Part shown: positions 38,645 to 47,345 of the stretch, piece after piece
How positions within the stretch are numbered: position 1 is the first letter of the stretch
How the letters are laid out: every line of letters starts with the position of its first letter
Assembly (NCBI GenBank): GCA_041651355.1
Contig: JBAZJK010000001.1
Span: 613,883-677,882 of the forward strand
Direction of reading: 5' to 3'
DNA from: Patescibacteria group bacterium
GTDB lineage: Bacteria > Patescibacteriota > Patescibacteriia > Patescibacteriales > UBA12465
DNA: 64,000 nucleotides
The notes under the pieces: model-generated
The model's database searches: none
What the model was told of the DNA's origin: nothing
What the model saw: only the letters and a program-made list of their open reading frames with translations
Translations under genes and position numbers: made by a program

Positions 38645-39718
38645 TTATAGACCTAACTCTAACAAAGTCTGCTTCTGCTTCTTGCTCAGATTGGTCGGGG
38701 TTTTTATCAAGACACGGACATAATGGTCACCTTGACCACGGCCGTGCAATTTGATTACCCCTTTATCTTTAAGCTTAAAAACTGTTCCTGACTGCGTTCC
38801 TTCGGGAATCTTTAGTTTCAGGGGACCATGGATAGTTTCCACTTCAAGCTTATCACCTAAGGCTGCCTGGACGAAGCTGATCTTTTCTTCCGTTTTAATG
38901 TCATAGCCTTCCCTTATAAATTTCTTGTGCGCAGACACTTGGATCTTTAAATAAAGGTCGCCGGCCGGAGCGCCTTTCGGTCCGGCTTCTCCCTGACCGC
39001 TGAGACGGATAGATTCGCCACTATTAATCCCAGCCGGAATCTTGACCTTGATCTTAACCGTATCCTTCACTTGGCCGCTACCATGGCACCTAGAGCATTT
39101 CTGACTAGGGATCTTGCCCTCGCCTTGGCAATTAGAACAAAGCGCCTGCGTTTGGATATTACCCAAGATCGTACGCTGAACCTTGCTAACCCGACCGTGG
39201 CCATGGCAGACGGGGCAGGACTCAATCTTTGTCCCTGGCTCCGCTCCTTGCCCCTGGCAATGGCGACAGGTAATAACCTTGGGAAAATTCAATTCTTTTT
39301 CTAATCCAAAAGCGGCCTCTAAGAAATCCAAATTTAGAGCCATTTCTAAATCGCGACCGCGAGCAGGACGACGAGCCGACTGACGGCCACCAAAACCGAA
39401 CATATCACCAAAACCACCAAACATTTCACCTAAATCTTCAAAATCAAAGTTAACTCCGCCCTGAAAACCTTCAAATCCAGAAAAGCCGCCCATGCCACCG
39501 GCTTGGCCATATTGAAAATTAGAGCCGAACTGGTCATATTGCTTTCTTTTGTCGGGATTACCTAAGACTTGATAAGCCTCATTATACTCCTTGAATTTTT
39601 CGGCGCTGCCGCCTTTATCCGGATGGTGTTCGTGAGCCTTCTTGCGAAAGGCCTGCTTAATCTCATCCTGACTGGCATTCTTGTCCACTCCTAATATATT
39701 GTAATAGTCCTTAGACAT
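38645..39718 (-). CDS. dnaJ: Chaperone DnaJ
   Basis: J-domain with the HPD motif (HEHHPDKGG), a G/F region, and four CxxCxGxG zinc motifs. Confidence 0.97.
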   Translation of the reverse strand: MSKDYYNILGVDKNASQDEIKQAFRKKAHEHHPDKGGSAEKFKEYNEAYQVLGNPDKRKQYDQFGSNFQYGQAGGMGGFSGFEGFQGGVNFDFEDLGEMFGGFGDMFGFGGRQSARRPARGRDLEMALNLDFLEAAFGLEKELNFPKVITCRHCQGQGAEPGTKIESCPVCHGHGRVSKVQRTILGNIQTQALCSNCQGEGKIPSQKCSRCHGSGQVKDTVKIKVKIPAGINSGESIRLSGQGEAGPKGAPAGDLYLKIQVSAHKKFIREGYDIKTEEKISFVQAALGDKLEVETIHGPLKLKIPEGTQSGTVFKLKDKGVIKLHGRGQGDHYVRVLIKTPTNLSKKQKQTLLELGL

Positions 39719-39735
39719 ATTTCATGCGTCCAATA

Positions 39736-39761
39736 AATTACCCCTCAAAAGAGGGGTAATT
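39736..39761 (-). promoter_or_regulatory. Stem-loop between dnaK and dnaJ (attenuator or mRNA-processing hairpin)
   Basis: 11-bp stem aattacccctc-aaaa-gaggggtaatt. The downstream U-run is only weak. Confidence 0.45.
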
Positions 39762-39777
39762 AAAAAATAAGTAATTA

Positions 39778-41679
39778 TTATTTCTGTTCCTCGACTTCGC
39801 CCTCGACGACGTCATCCTTCTTATCGTTATTATCGTTAGCCGTTTCCGCGTTACTGGTAGTACCAGCTGGATTAGCACCAGGCTGTTGATACATAGCCGC
39901 GCCAATCCGCTGTGCAACCGTATTCAAATCTTCCATATGCTTTTTCATCTCATCATATTGCTCGCTATCTTTGATTTTCTTTAAAGCCTCAACCTTCTCT
40001 TCTAATTCCTTCTTATCTTCGGGCTTCATTTTGTCGCCAGACTCCTTGAGCATTTTTTCCATAGTGAAAACAACGGCATCAGCTTGGTTTTTAATCTCGA
40101 TGTTTTCCTTTTTCTTCTTGTCTTCTTCGGCATGAAGCTCGGCTTCCTTCTTCATTCTCTCAACTTCTTCCTTCGATAAACCGGAAGAAGCGGTAATGGT
40201 TATTTTCTGCTGCTTGTTAGTCGCTTTATCGGTGGCGGAAACATTCAGGATGCCGTTAGCATCGATATCGAACACAACCTCTACTTGGGGCACCCCGCGA
40301 GGCGCGGCCGGAATTCCGTCTAAGATAAAGCGGCCGAGGGTCTTATTATCGTGAGCTAAAGGACGCTCTCCTTGGACGATATGGATCTCTACGCTAGTCT
40401 GACTATCGGCTGCCGTCGAAAAAACTTGGGATTTAGAGGTAGGAATGGTCGTGTTGCGCTCAATCAAAGGGGTGGCTACTCCACCCAAGGTTTCAATGCC
40501 TAAAGTCAAAGGAGTAACATCAAGCAATAAGACATCCTTAACATCCCCTTGGAGAACGCCAGCCTGTACAGCGGCGCCTAAGGCGACTACTTCATCCGGG
40601 TTAACGCTTAGATTCGGTTCTTTACCGAAGAATTCCTTAACCTTCTGCTGGACTAGTGGCATACGAGTCATGCCTCCGACCATAATAATCTCATTGATTT
40701 CATTCATCTTAAAACCGGAATCAGCCAAAGCTTTCTTACAGGGCTCAATCGTTGCCGCCACTAAATCACCAACCAGCTCTTCCAATTTCGCCCGGCTGAT
40801 TTTAAGCACTAGATGCTTCGGGCCGTTTTGATCGGTCGTAATAAAAGGCTGATTGATTTCGGTTTCCAGGGTAGTTGATAATTCGATCTTGGCCTTTTCC
40901 GCTGACTCCTTAATCCTTTGTAAAGCCAGGGTATCGTTGGATAGGTCTATGCCCTGATCTTTTTTAAATTCCGCGATTATCCAGTTAATCAAACGCTGAT
41001 CGAAATCTTCGCCGCCTAAATGAGTATCACCATTAGTGGCCTTGACTTCAACCGTATCGCTAGAAATATCTAAAACCGAGACATCAAAAGTACCGCCGCC
41101 TAAATCATAGACGACTATCTTCTGGCCCTGTTTCTTGTCAAAACCATAAGCTAAAGCGGCTGCCGTCGGTTCATTAATTATCCTTTTAACTTCCAAACCG
41201 GCAATCTGACCGGCATCTTTGGTGGCCTGCCTTTGTGAATCGTTGAAATAGGCGGGGACGGTAATGATTGCCTCGCTTATCTTTTCTCCTAACTTAGCTT
41301 CAGCGTCAGCCTTGAGCTTGGCTAAGACCATAGCAGAAATTTCCTGGGGAGTGTATTCTTTTTCATTCATTAAAACCTTAACGCCTTCACCAGCTTGTAC
41401 GATCTTATAAGGAGCGGTCTTGGTGTCGCGTTGGACCTCTTCATCATTAAAATGACGGCCAATTAGACGCTTAATCGCATACACGGTATTACTCGGATTG
41501 ATTACGGCTTGGCGTTTTGCATTCTGGCCGACCAAGCGTTCGCCGGTTTTAGAGATAGCCACGACTGAAGGCGTAGTCCGGTTACCCTCAACATTCTCGA
41601 TGATCTTAGGAGCACCGCCTTCCATGATAGCCATGGCAGAATTAGTGGTACCTAAATCGATTCCTAAAATTTTTCCCAT
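39778..41679 (-). CDS. dnaK: Chaperone DnaK (Hsp70)
   Basis: [17 protein letters not shown] and VGGMTRMP are Hsp70 signatures. Confidence 0.98.
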   Translation of the reverse strand: MGKILGIDLGTTNSAMAIMEGGAPKIIENVEGNRTTPSVVAISKTGERLVGQNAKRQAVINPSNTVYAIKRLIGRHFNDEEVQRDTKTAPYKIVQAGEGVKVLMNEKEYTPQEISAMVLAKLKADAEAKLGEKISEAIITVPAYFNDSQRQATKDAGQIAGLEVKRIINEPTAAALAYGFDKKQGQKIVVYDLGGGTFDVSVLDISSDTVEVKATNGDTHLGGEDFDQRLINWIIAEFKKDQGIDLSNDTLALQRIKESAEKAKIELSTTLETEINQPFITTDQNGPKHLVLKISRAKLEELVGDLVAATIEPCKKALADSGFKMNEINEIIMVGGMTRMPLVQQKVKEFFGKEPNLSVNPDEVVALGAAVQAGVLQGDVKDVLLLDVTPLTLGIETLGGVATPLIERNTTIPTSKSQVFSTAADSQTSVEIHIVQGERPLAHDNKTLGRFILDGIPAAPRGVPQVEVVFDIDANGILNVSATDKATNKQQKITITASSGLSKEEVERMKKEAELHAEEDKKKKENIEIKNQADAVVFTMEKMLKESGDKMKPEDKKELEEKVEALKKIKDSEQYDEMKKHMEDLNTVAQRIGAAMYQQPGANPAGTTSNAETANDNNDKKDDVVEGEVEEQK

Positions 41680-41759
41680 ATTATTTATCTTAAATTAAAT
41701 TATTAAATACTTTTGATTTCACGGCGCCCGGCCTAAAGCTGGCGCCGGACAAATCAAAA

Positions 41760-42188
41760 TTATTTCTTGCTCTGGATCTTAATCGTCTTGGCTTTAGCTT
41801 CGATCATTTTTGGGATGCTAACCTTCAAGACGCCATCCTCATTAACGGCTGTAGCCTTATCACCATCAACCTTAGTGGGCAGAGAGATGGAACGGAAGAA
41901 TGACCCGCGCCTGATTTCCTTGCGATAATAGTTCTTATCATCAATCTCGCTCTTTTTCTCGCTCTCGCCCTTGATCGTCAAGACATTATTCTCAATGGAA
42001 ACGTCGACTTTCTCTGGATCGATGCCACCCAACTGGGCTTCAACGACCAAGTTATCCTTATCTTCATAAACATCCAGGGCAGGAGTAAAGCCGAATTGGC
42101 TACCCCGAACGCTCGGCAACATGGATTCCATTTCTTTATCCATGTCGTCAAACTCTTGGAAAAAAGGTGTCCATTTTATAAGTGACAT
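41760..42188 (-). CDS. Hsp20/alpha-crystallin small heat-shock protein
   Basis: PALDVYEDKDNLVVEAQLGGIDPEKVDVSIENNVLTIKGE...GSFFRSISLP...GVLKVSIPK is an alpha-crystallin domain. Confidence 0.9.
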   Translation of the reverse strand: MSLIKWTPFFQEFDDMDKEMESMLPSVRGSQFGFTPALDVYEDKDNLVVEAQLGGIDPEKVDVSIENNVLTIKGESEKKSEIDDKNYYRKEIRRGSFFRSISLPTKVDGDKATAVNEDGVLKVSIPKMIEAKAKTIKIQSKK

Positions 42189-42248
42189 AGATTTTTTACT
42201 TCGCTTTTAAAACTGTGGTCAGTAGATAAAAGCGAATCATATAATTAA

Positions 42249-42869
42249 TTATTCAACTACTACTTTAGCGGGCCTGATAACCTTGCCGTGCAAGGTATAG
42301 CCGCTGGATAATTCTTGCTTGACTAAATCGCCAGCGCCCTCCATCGCTTCCATCTGGCTATGATCGAATTTTTCTCCGACCGTCTTTATTTCCTCAACGC
42401 CGTAAGCCGCTAAAACTTCCTTGAACTGCTTGGCAACATGACGGACGCCTTCTAGCCAGGGGTTTTCGGACTCTTTAACGTTCGAACCGGCCAAAGACAT
42501 TTTAAGATGATCATAGACTGGCAAGATATCTTGTAAAAAATTATCTAGAGCGTATTTAACGAATTCTTGCTTTTCTTTGGCGGTTTGCTTGGTTAAATTG
42601 TGGTAATCAGCCAAAGCACGCTTATATTTATTCTCCCAAGAATCCTTAACATCATCTTCTCCTAAAAATTCAAAACGATCCTTTAGTTCGCCCTCGATTT
42701 CCACCTGCTCTAAAAATTCTGCCTGTGGCCTGACCCAAATTTTACTTTCATCCTTCAAGTCTTGATAGACGACTAAGCGGCTCTGGTCTTCAGAATCCTG
42801 AGCCAAATTTAGAACTTGATATTCATTACCTTTATAATGGCGATAGCGGCCGATTTTTACCTCTGTCAT
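42249..42869 (-). CDS. grpE: DUF1653-GrpE fusion (nucleotide exchange factor)
   Basis: The N-terminal 70 aa, GRYRHYKGNEYQVL...LVVYQDL...IWVRPQAEFLE, is a DUF1653 pattern. The C-terminal part, DNFLQDILPVYDHLKMSL...GVEEI...GEKFDHSQMEAM...GYTLHGKVIRPAKVVV, is the GrpE core. Confidence 0.8.
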   Translation of the reverse strand: MTEVKIGRYRHYKGNEYQVLNLAQDSEDQSRLVVYQDLKDESKIWVRPQAEFLEQVEIEGELKDRFEFLGEDDVKDSWENKYKRALADYHNLTKQTAKEKQEFVKYALDNFLQDILPVYDHLKMSLAGSNVKESENPWLEGVRHVAKQFKEVLAAYGVEEIKTVGEKFDHSQMEAMEGAGDLVKQELSSGYTLHGKVIRPAKVVVE

Positions 42870-42877
42870 AAAATTGA

Positions 42878-43561
42878 TTAAGCAAACTTATTTTTTATAA
42901 ACTCCACGAGGGCAAGATTGCGAGCGTAGTCCATTCTCATCGGGCCTAAAATACCAAATAGCCCGCTTTGCTTATTGCTCTTATATTTAACCAACACCGT
43001 GCTTAAGAAAGCTCCGAAAGGATTCTTTGAGCCGATCAAAACCTGTTTGCCGTTTTCAAAGTCTTCAAACACGTCCCCGATAATCTCCTCTAAACGGTCG
43101 ATTATTTCTGAAACATCACATACCATATCCAAGCGCGTAAATTCCGGCTGGGAAAAAAGATTAGATAAGCCAGTGTAATAAAGATCGTTCTTATGGAAAG
43201 CCCAGAAGACCGCGCCGTTGGAAAGATCAGCTATCAACTTAGCGGTTTGACGGAAACTGGCTTCATTATTACTAAAAGAACTTTCCAAGGCTTTACGTTC
43301 TGCTTCCTTCAAGTCTTTTTTCTTGCGGCTAGAGGTTAATTCCAACTCATAAGCGGCTTCGGTCGGAACGCGACCAGCGGAGGTATGGGGTTGGAAAATA
43401 TAGCCCTCGTCCTCAAGTTCCATCAGCTCGTTCCGGACGGTGGCCGGAGAGATATCTAACTTATATTTTTCCACCAAGACGCCAGAAGATACGGGTTGGG
43501 CCGTCTTGATATATTCTTTCACGAGAGTTTGTAGAATTATTTTTTTCCTATCGGAAATCAT
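42878..43561 (-). CDS. hrcA: Heat-inducible transcription repressor HrcA (short, 227 aa)
   Basis: RKKIILQTLVKEYIKTAQPVSSGVLVEKY...SPATVRNELMELEDEGYIFQPHTSAGRVPT is the HrcA winged-helix N-terminus. A perfect CIRCE lies upstream. Confidence 0.85.
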   Translation of the reverse strand: MISDRKKIILQTLVKEYIKTAQPVSSGVLVEKYKLDISPATVRNELMELEDEGYIFQPHTSAGRVPTEAAYELELTSSRKKKDLKEAERKALESSFSNNEASFRQTAKLIADLSNGAVFWAFHKNDLYYTGLSNLFSQPEFTRLDMVCDVSEIIDRLEEIIGDVFEDFENGKQVLIGSKNPFGAFLSTVLVKYKSNKQSGLFGILGPMRMDYARNLALVEFIKNKFA

Positions 43562-43589
43562 AATTTTATGGCTAATTATAGACTTGCTT

Positions 43590-43619
43590 ATTATATAAAA
43601 AAATTAGCACTCATGTCAA
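43590..43619 (-). promoter_or_regulatory. Sigma-70-type promoter of the hrcA operon, with -35 inside the CIRCE spacer
   Basis: The minus strand reads TTGACA (43614-43619), N18, TATAAT (43590-43595). Confidence 0.5.
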
Positions 43620-43630
43620 GAGAGTGCTAA
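43604..43630 (-). promoter_or_regulatory. CIRCE operator (perfect consensus)
   Basis: TTAGCACTC-ATGTCAAGA-GAGTGCTAA, 43 nt upstream of the hrcA ATG. Confidence 0.95.
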
Positions 43631-43651
43631 ATAAGAAAGTTAAGCCCTTAA

Positions 43652-44143
43652 TTATAGGCCTAATTCGGCCTTTAATTTCAAATTTTCCTCCCATTGGGCC
43701 TGGCTTAGCAAGTTGTGAGCCAGGAAGTCTTCTTGGCGACGATAGATGAAAGAGTAGAAGCGCCAAGGATAATGATTGATTATAACATCAGAGAAAAGAT
43801 GTACGGTCATAGCCGCCGCCAAAACCAAAATAAAGACCCTGATCTTATGTTTGGCCTTTAGTAAGAGAGCAACCAAAAATAAAGCAGCGACTAATTCCCA
43901 GGCGTGAAAGATCAGATAAATGGTATCGCTTTTCAAGAATTGCCAACCCGACAGAAAACGGGACAAGCTGAAATGAAAACCGAAAACGAAAAAATATTCG
44001 AACACATGGTCGAGGTCAATCAAAAAACCTCCCAGAAAACCGGCTAATAGACCAATTTTTACCAGCTTAAAATACTTCCCTAAAAGATAGCCGCTAATTA
44101 AAGCCAAGGAAAAATGAATAAAAAGATGCAAGCTTAAAGGCAT
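43652..44143 (-). CDS. Small polytopic membrane protein, YdjM/DUF457-like putative metal-dependent hydrolase
   Basis: 4-5 TM helices, with an LIDLDH motif and conserved His residues at helix ends. Confidence 0.35.
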   Translation of the reverse strand: MPLSLHLFIHFSLALISGYLLGKYFKLVKIGLLAGFLGGFLIDLDHVFEYFFVFGFHFSLSRFLSGWQFLKSDTIYLIFHAWELVAALFLVALLLKAKHKIRVFILVLAAAMTVHLFSDVIINHYPWRFYSFIYRRQEDFLAHNLLSQAQWEENLKLKAELGL

Positions 44144-44162
44144 AAAAAATAAATTACTTTTG

Positions 44163-46247
44163 TTAGTTTGGCGCAGCCCCCGCCTTTATCTTCTTATTAT
44201 AGAAATACCAATCCAAGACTTCGCGGGCGATCGGAACCGCGATCGTACTCCCCTCGAGCCCTTCTTCAACTAAAACTGTAATGACTATTTCCGGTTTTTC
44301 ATAAGGTGCAAACCCGGTAAACCAAGCGTGCGGGGCGCCGGTGCTCGACCATTGGGCTGTCCCTGTCTTGCCGGCCGCGCTAACCGGCAGAATGCCTAAA
44401 CTACGGGCACTGCCGGAAGTAACCGTCTGACGCAAGCCTTCGCGAACTATCTTTAAATTTTCCGAACTTATGAAATCCCGACGCAATATCTCGGGCTTAA
44501 TTTCTCTCTGCAAGGAATTATCCTCATTCAGAACCCCTTTGACCAGGTGTGGCTTATACAAGGTGCCATTATTGGCGACAGCTGCCGTAAAATTGGCCAC
44601 TTGGAGCGGAGTGACCAAGACATCGCCTTGGCCGATGGCGAAATGATAGGTATCACCGATATACCAAGGTTCATCTTTCAACTCTTTCTTCCAAGCGGCA
44701 GTGGGCACGAAACCGCTAGCTTCACCCGGAAGGTCAATACCAGTCTTGCTACCCAAGCCGAACCAGCGCGAATACTTTACTAAACGTTCAAGCCCTAAAC
44801 CAGAGAAATCATTATAGCCGCCACCGATATAATAGAAAAAAGTGTTGACTGATTCGGCCAAAGCCTTACGGACATTAGTTAAACCGTGACCGCCAGCTTT
44901 CCAATCAGGAAAAAACCACTGCCCGATTCTGAGCCCGCCGTTACTGACGAAGCTAGTGTTTTCATCGATGACTTTTTCTTGCAAGGCGGCGGCGGCGATC
45001 ACTAATTTAATGGTCGAGCCCGAAGGAAACTCGCCACTGATCGCCCGGTTATACAAGGGACGATCGGGATCATTTAAAAATTTCTGATATTCTTCTTGGT
45101 TAATACCTCGGGAAAATATATTATTATCATAGGCTGGCCAGCTGACTAAAGCTAAGACCTCTCCATTGTTGGGATCCAGGGCGATGACTGAGGCTTTTTT
45201 CAAACCAGCTTTCTTGAGATAAGCGTCTAATACGTTTTCTATTTTTTTCTGCAAGTCCAAGTCAACTGATAAGAGAAGATTAACTCCGTCTTGAGCGGCT
45301 GTTTCATTGATAACCTTCTTCTCTTTGCCTAAAGCGTCGACTTCGATATTCTTTTGCCCTGGCTTACCCTTCAATTCTTTTTCCCAGCTATACTCTAGGC
45401 CAGATTTACCCGTATAATCAATCAAGGAATAATCTGCACCGAGGCTTTCCAGTTCTTGCTGGTTAATCTTGCCCGTATATCCCAGGACATGGGATAAGCT
45501 GCGCGGGCCAGATTGACTAAGATCGATCTCCCCTACCCCTAAATATTGGCGACGGATTTTGCTAGATAAAAATACGCCTGGCAGGCTATCTATTTCTAGG
45601 GCCAAGCTGATTGCCTTGTCATACTCAATATTGTCTGCGATAAAAAGCGGTTGATACGATTTCATCGAACCGAGACGTATTTCTGACAAGGATTCCTTTA
45701 TCTGATAAAAAGATGGGCTATCGGAAATAAGGGTTAAATTATTTCCAGGACCGCCAATATTATTTGCTGACTCCTGAGAACCTTGATCTAAAATCTTGGC
45801 CACCCGGCGGATGACTTCATCCCGATCTAATTCGTTGCGCGGCAAATCAATCGGTTTTAAATATAAGACGAAATTGGCTTGATTGCGCACCAGAGGCTTC
45901 ATTTCACGGTCATAAATAATGCCGCGCCTCGGCTCTAGACTTTCTATGCGTAAACGATTACCCTCCGCTAAAAGGTAATAGTAATCATTCTTGATAATCT
46001 GTAACCAAGCCGCCCGAGCTAATAATAAGCCTAAAAGCAATATTCCAGCGGCAACAACCAGGCGCAAGACTGATAAATTAAAAGTTAAACCTAAAACCGG
46101 CTTGGATTTACCTCGGGAAGAAAAAAAGGAATGTTCTGTCCAGGTAGTATGATAATATGAATCTTTAAGTTGCCCAAAACTAAACTTACCTTCGCTAATG
46201 ACAAAGGGCCCCTTGTTATTATTCTGATATAGACGCTGCTTAGCCAT
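44163..46247 (-). CDS. Penicillin-binding protein 2 / class B transpeptidase
   Basis: TM anchor, a dimerisation domain, and the motifs SGSTIKL (SxxK), SVN (SxN) and KTGTA (KTG). Start taken at the ATG at 46247 (MAKQRLYQ). The track ORF extends to 46292. Confidence 0.9.
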   Translation of the reverse strand: MAKQRLYQNNNKGPFVISEGKFSFGQLKDSYYHTTWTEHSFFSSRGKSKPVLGLTFNLSVLRLVVAAGILLLGLLLARAAWLQIIKNDYYYLLAEGNRLRIESLEPRRGIIYDREMKPLVRNQANFVLYLKPIDLPRNELDRDEVIRRVAKILDQGSQESANNIGGPGNNLTLISDSPSFYQIKESLSEIRLGSMKSYQPLFIADNIEYDKAISLALEIDSLPGVFLSSKIRRQYLGVGEIDLSQSGPRSLSHVLGYTGKINQQELESLGADYSLIDYTGKSGLEYSWEKELKGKPGQKNIEVDALGKEKKVINETAAQDGVNLLLSVDLDLQKKIENVLDAYLKKAGLKKASVIALDPNNGEVLALVSWPAYDNNIFSRGINQEEYQKFLNDPDRPLYNRAISGEFPSGSTIKLVIAAAALQEKVIDENTSFVSNGGLRIGQWFFPDWKAGGHGLTNVRKALAESVNTFFYYIGGGYNDFSGLGLERLVKYSRWFGLGSKTGIDLPGEASGFVPTAAWKKELKDEPWYIGDTYHFAIGQGDVLVTPLQVANFTAAVANNGTLYKPHLVKGVLNEDNSLQREIKPEILRRDFISSENLKIVREGLRQTVTSGSARSLGILPVSAAGKTGTAQWSSTGAPHAWFTGFAPYEKPEIVITVLVEEGLEGSTIAVPIAREVLDWYFYNKKIKAGAAPN

Positions 46248-46363
46248 ATAAAGCCTTTTAATAATATTAACTTGATTTACAGGTAAAAGCAAACCGCTTG
46301 AATTTGCTAGTCAGAAAAAATTAGGCTAAAATTTTAATGTTTTTGCCTAAACTATTTCAAGCT

Positions 46364-47032
46364 ATGAAAATCCTCCTAATAGAAGATGACCCGGAAATCA
46401 GCCAGCTATTAAAGGCCAGCCTTAGGGCGGCTAATTTTACCGTAGAAATAGCCAGTGATGGCGAACGAGGATCGTTCCTAGCTAGGGTGAATAAATATAA
46501 ATTGATTATTCTTGATTACAACCTGCCAAAAATGGACGGCTTGGCTGTTTGTCGAGAAATACGTAACGAAGATAGAGAGACACCGATAATTATGTTGTCC
46601 GTCCGCTCAGAGATTAAAGATAAGCTAGACTTATTCCAAGCTGGCGTAGACGACTACCTGTCTAAACCCTTCTCTTTTTCCGAACTCCTAGCTCGCATCC
46701 AGGCAATCTTAAGAAGGCCAAGAAAAAGACAAGATGAAATGATCCGGGTGCAAGATATAGAACTGAACCTAGACACGAATATCGTCAAACAGGGCGGCAA
46801 AGAAATTTATCTAGGTAATAAAGAATTTGCCCTACTGCGCTACCTATTAGAACGGCCCAGTCAGCTTATTTCTCGGGAAATGATCAGAGAAGAAGTTTGG
46901 GGTGATAATTGCGATCCTTTCTCAAATACCATCGAAACCCACATTCTGAAACTCCGGCGAAAACTGGACAGGGGCCACAGACTCATCACCACTATCCCTG
47001 GACGAGGCTATCGATTGAATAGTGACATTTAA
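46364..47032 (+). CDS. OmpR-family two-component response regulator
   Basis: MKILLIEDD...LDYNLPKMDG...LSKPF receiver domain, with a C-terminal winged helix (IETHILKLRRKL...TIPGRGYRL). Confidence 0.9.
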   Translation: MKILLIEDDPEISQLLKASLRAANFTVEIASDGERGSFLARVNKYKLIILDYNLPKMDGLAVCREIRNEDRETPIIMLSVRSEIKDKLDLFQAGVDDYLSKPFSFSELLARIQAILRRPRKRQDEMIRVQDIELNLDTNIVKQGGKEIYLGNKEFALLRYLLERPSQLISREMIREEVWGDNCDPFSNTIETHILKLRRKLDRGHRLITTIPGRGYRLNSDI

Positions 47033-47033
47033 G

Positions 47034-47056
47034 AACCGCCCTGTCTTTTGGCGGTT
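47034..47056 (+). terminator. Intrinsic terminator after the response regulator
   Basis: aaccgcc-ctgtctttt-ggcggtt followed by TTTT. Confidence 0.7.
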
Positions 47057-47304
47057 TTTTGATTTTAAAAATAATTTAAATATAATTTAAGCGGCCGATA
47101 GTATAATAGAATAGTTAAGCGCCCAAAAAAAATTTGCTAACTAAAGGTCGAAGCAAATAAAACCAGACGCTTATCCTAATTTAATAAATTATGACCGCTA
47201 TTATCCAAAAAATCCTCAATTCGCCGCGGACTCGTTCCCTGACAGCCATCAGCGCTTTGATCGCCGCCACCTTTAGCGCCGGCACGCCCTGGCGGGATTA
47301 GGAC

Positions 47305-47337
47305 ATCCAAGCTTCCGAGCTAGCCGGAAGCTTGGAT
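47305..47337. promoter_or_regulatory. Perfect 13-bp inverted repeat ending 8 nt upstream of the kinase start codon
   Basis: ATCCAAGCTTCCG-agctagc-CGGAAGCTTGGAT. No T-run follows, so it is not a canonical terminator. Confidence 0.4.
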
Positions 47338-47345
47338 AGAACCCT

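Noticed and set aside
47191-47301. 36-codon ORF (MTAIIQKILNSPRTRSLTAISALIAATFSAGTPWRD) upstream of the kinase
   Set aside because: It is too short, has no homology evidence and lies in a different frame from the kinase. It is mentioned only as context for the palindrome finding.
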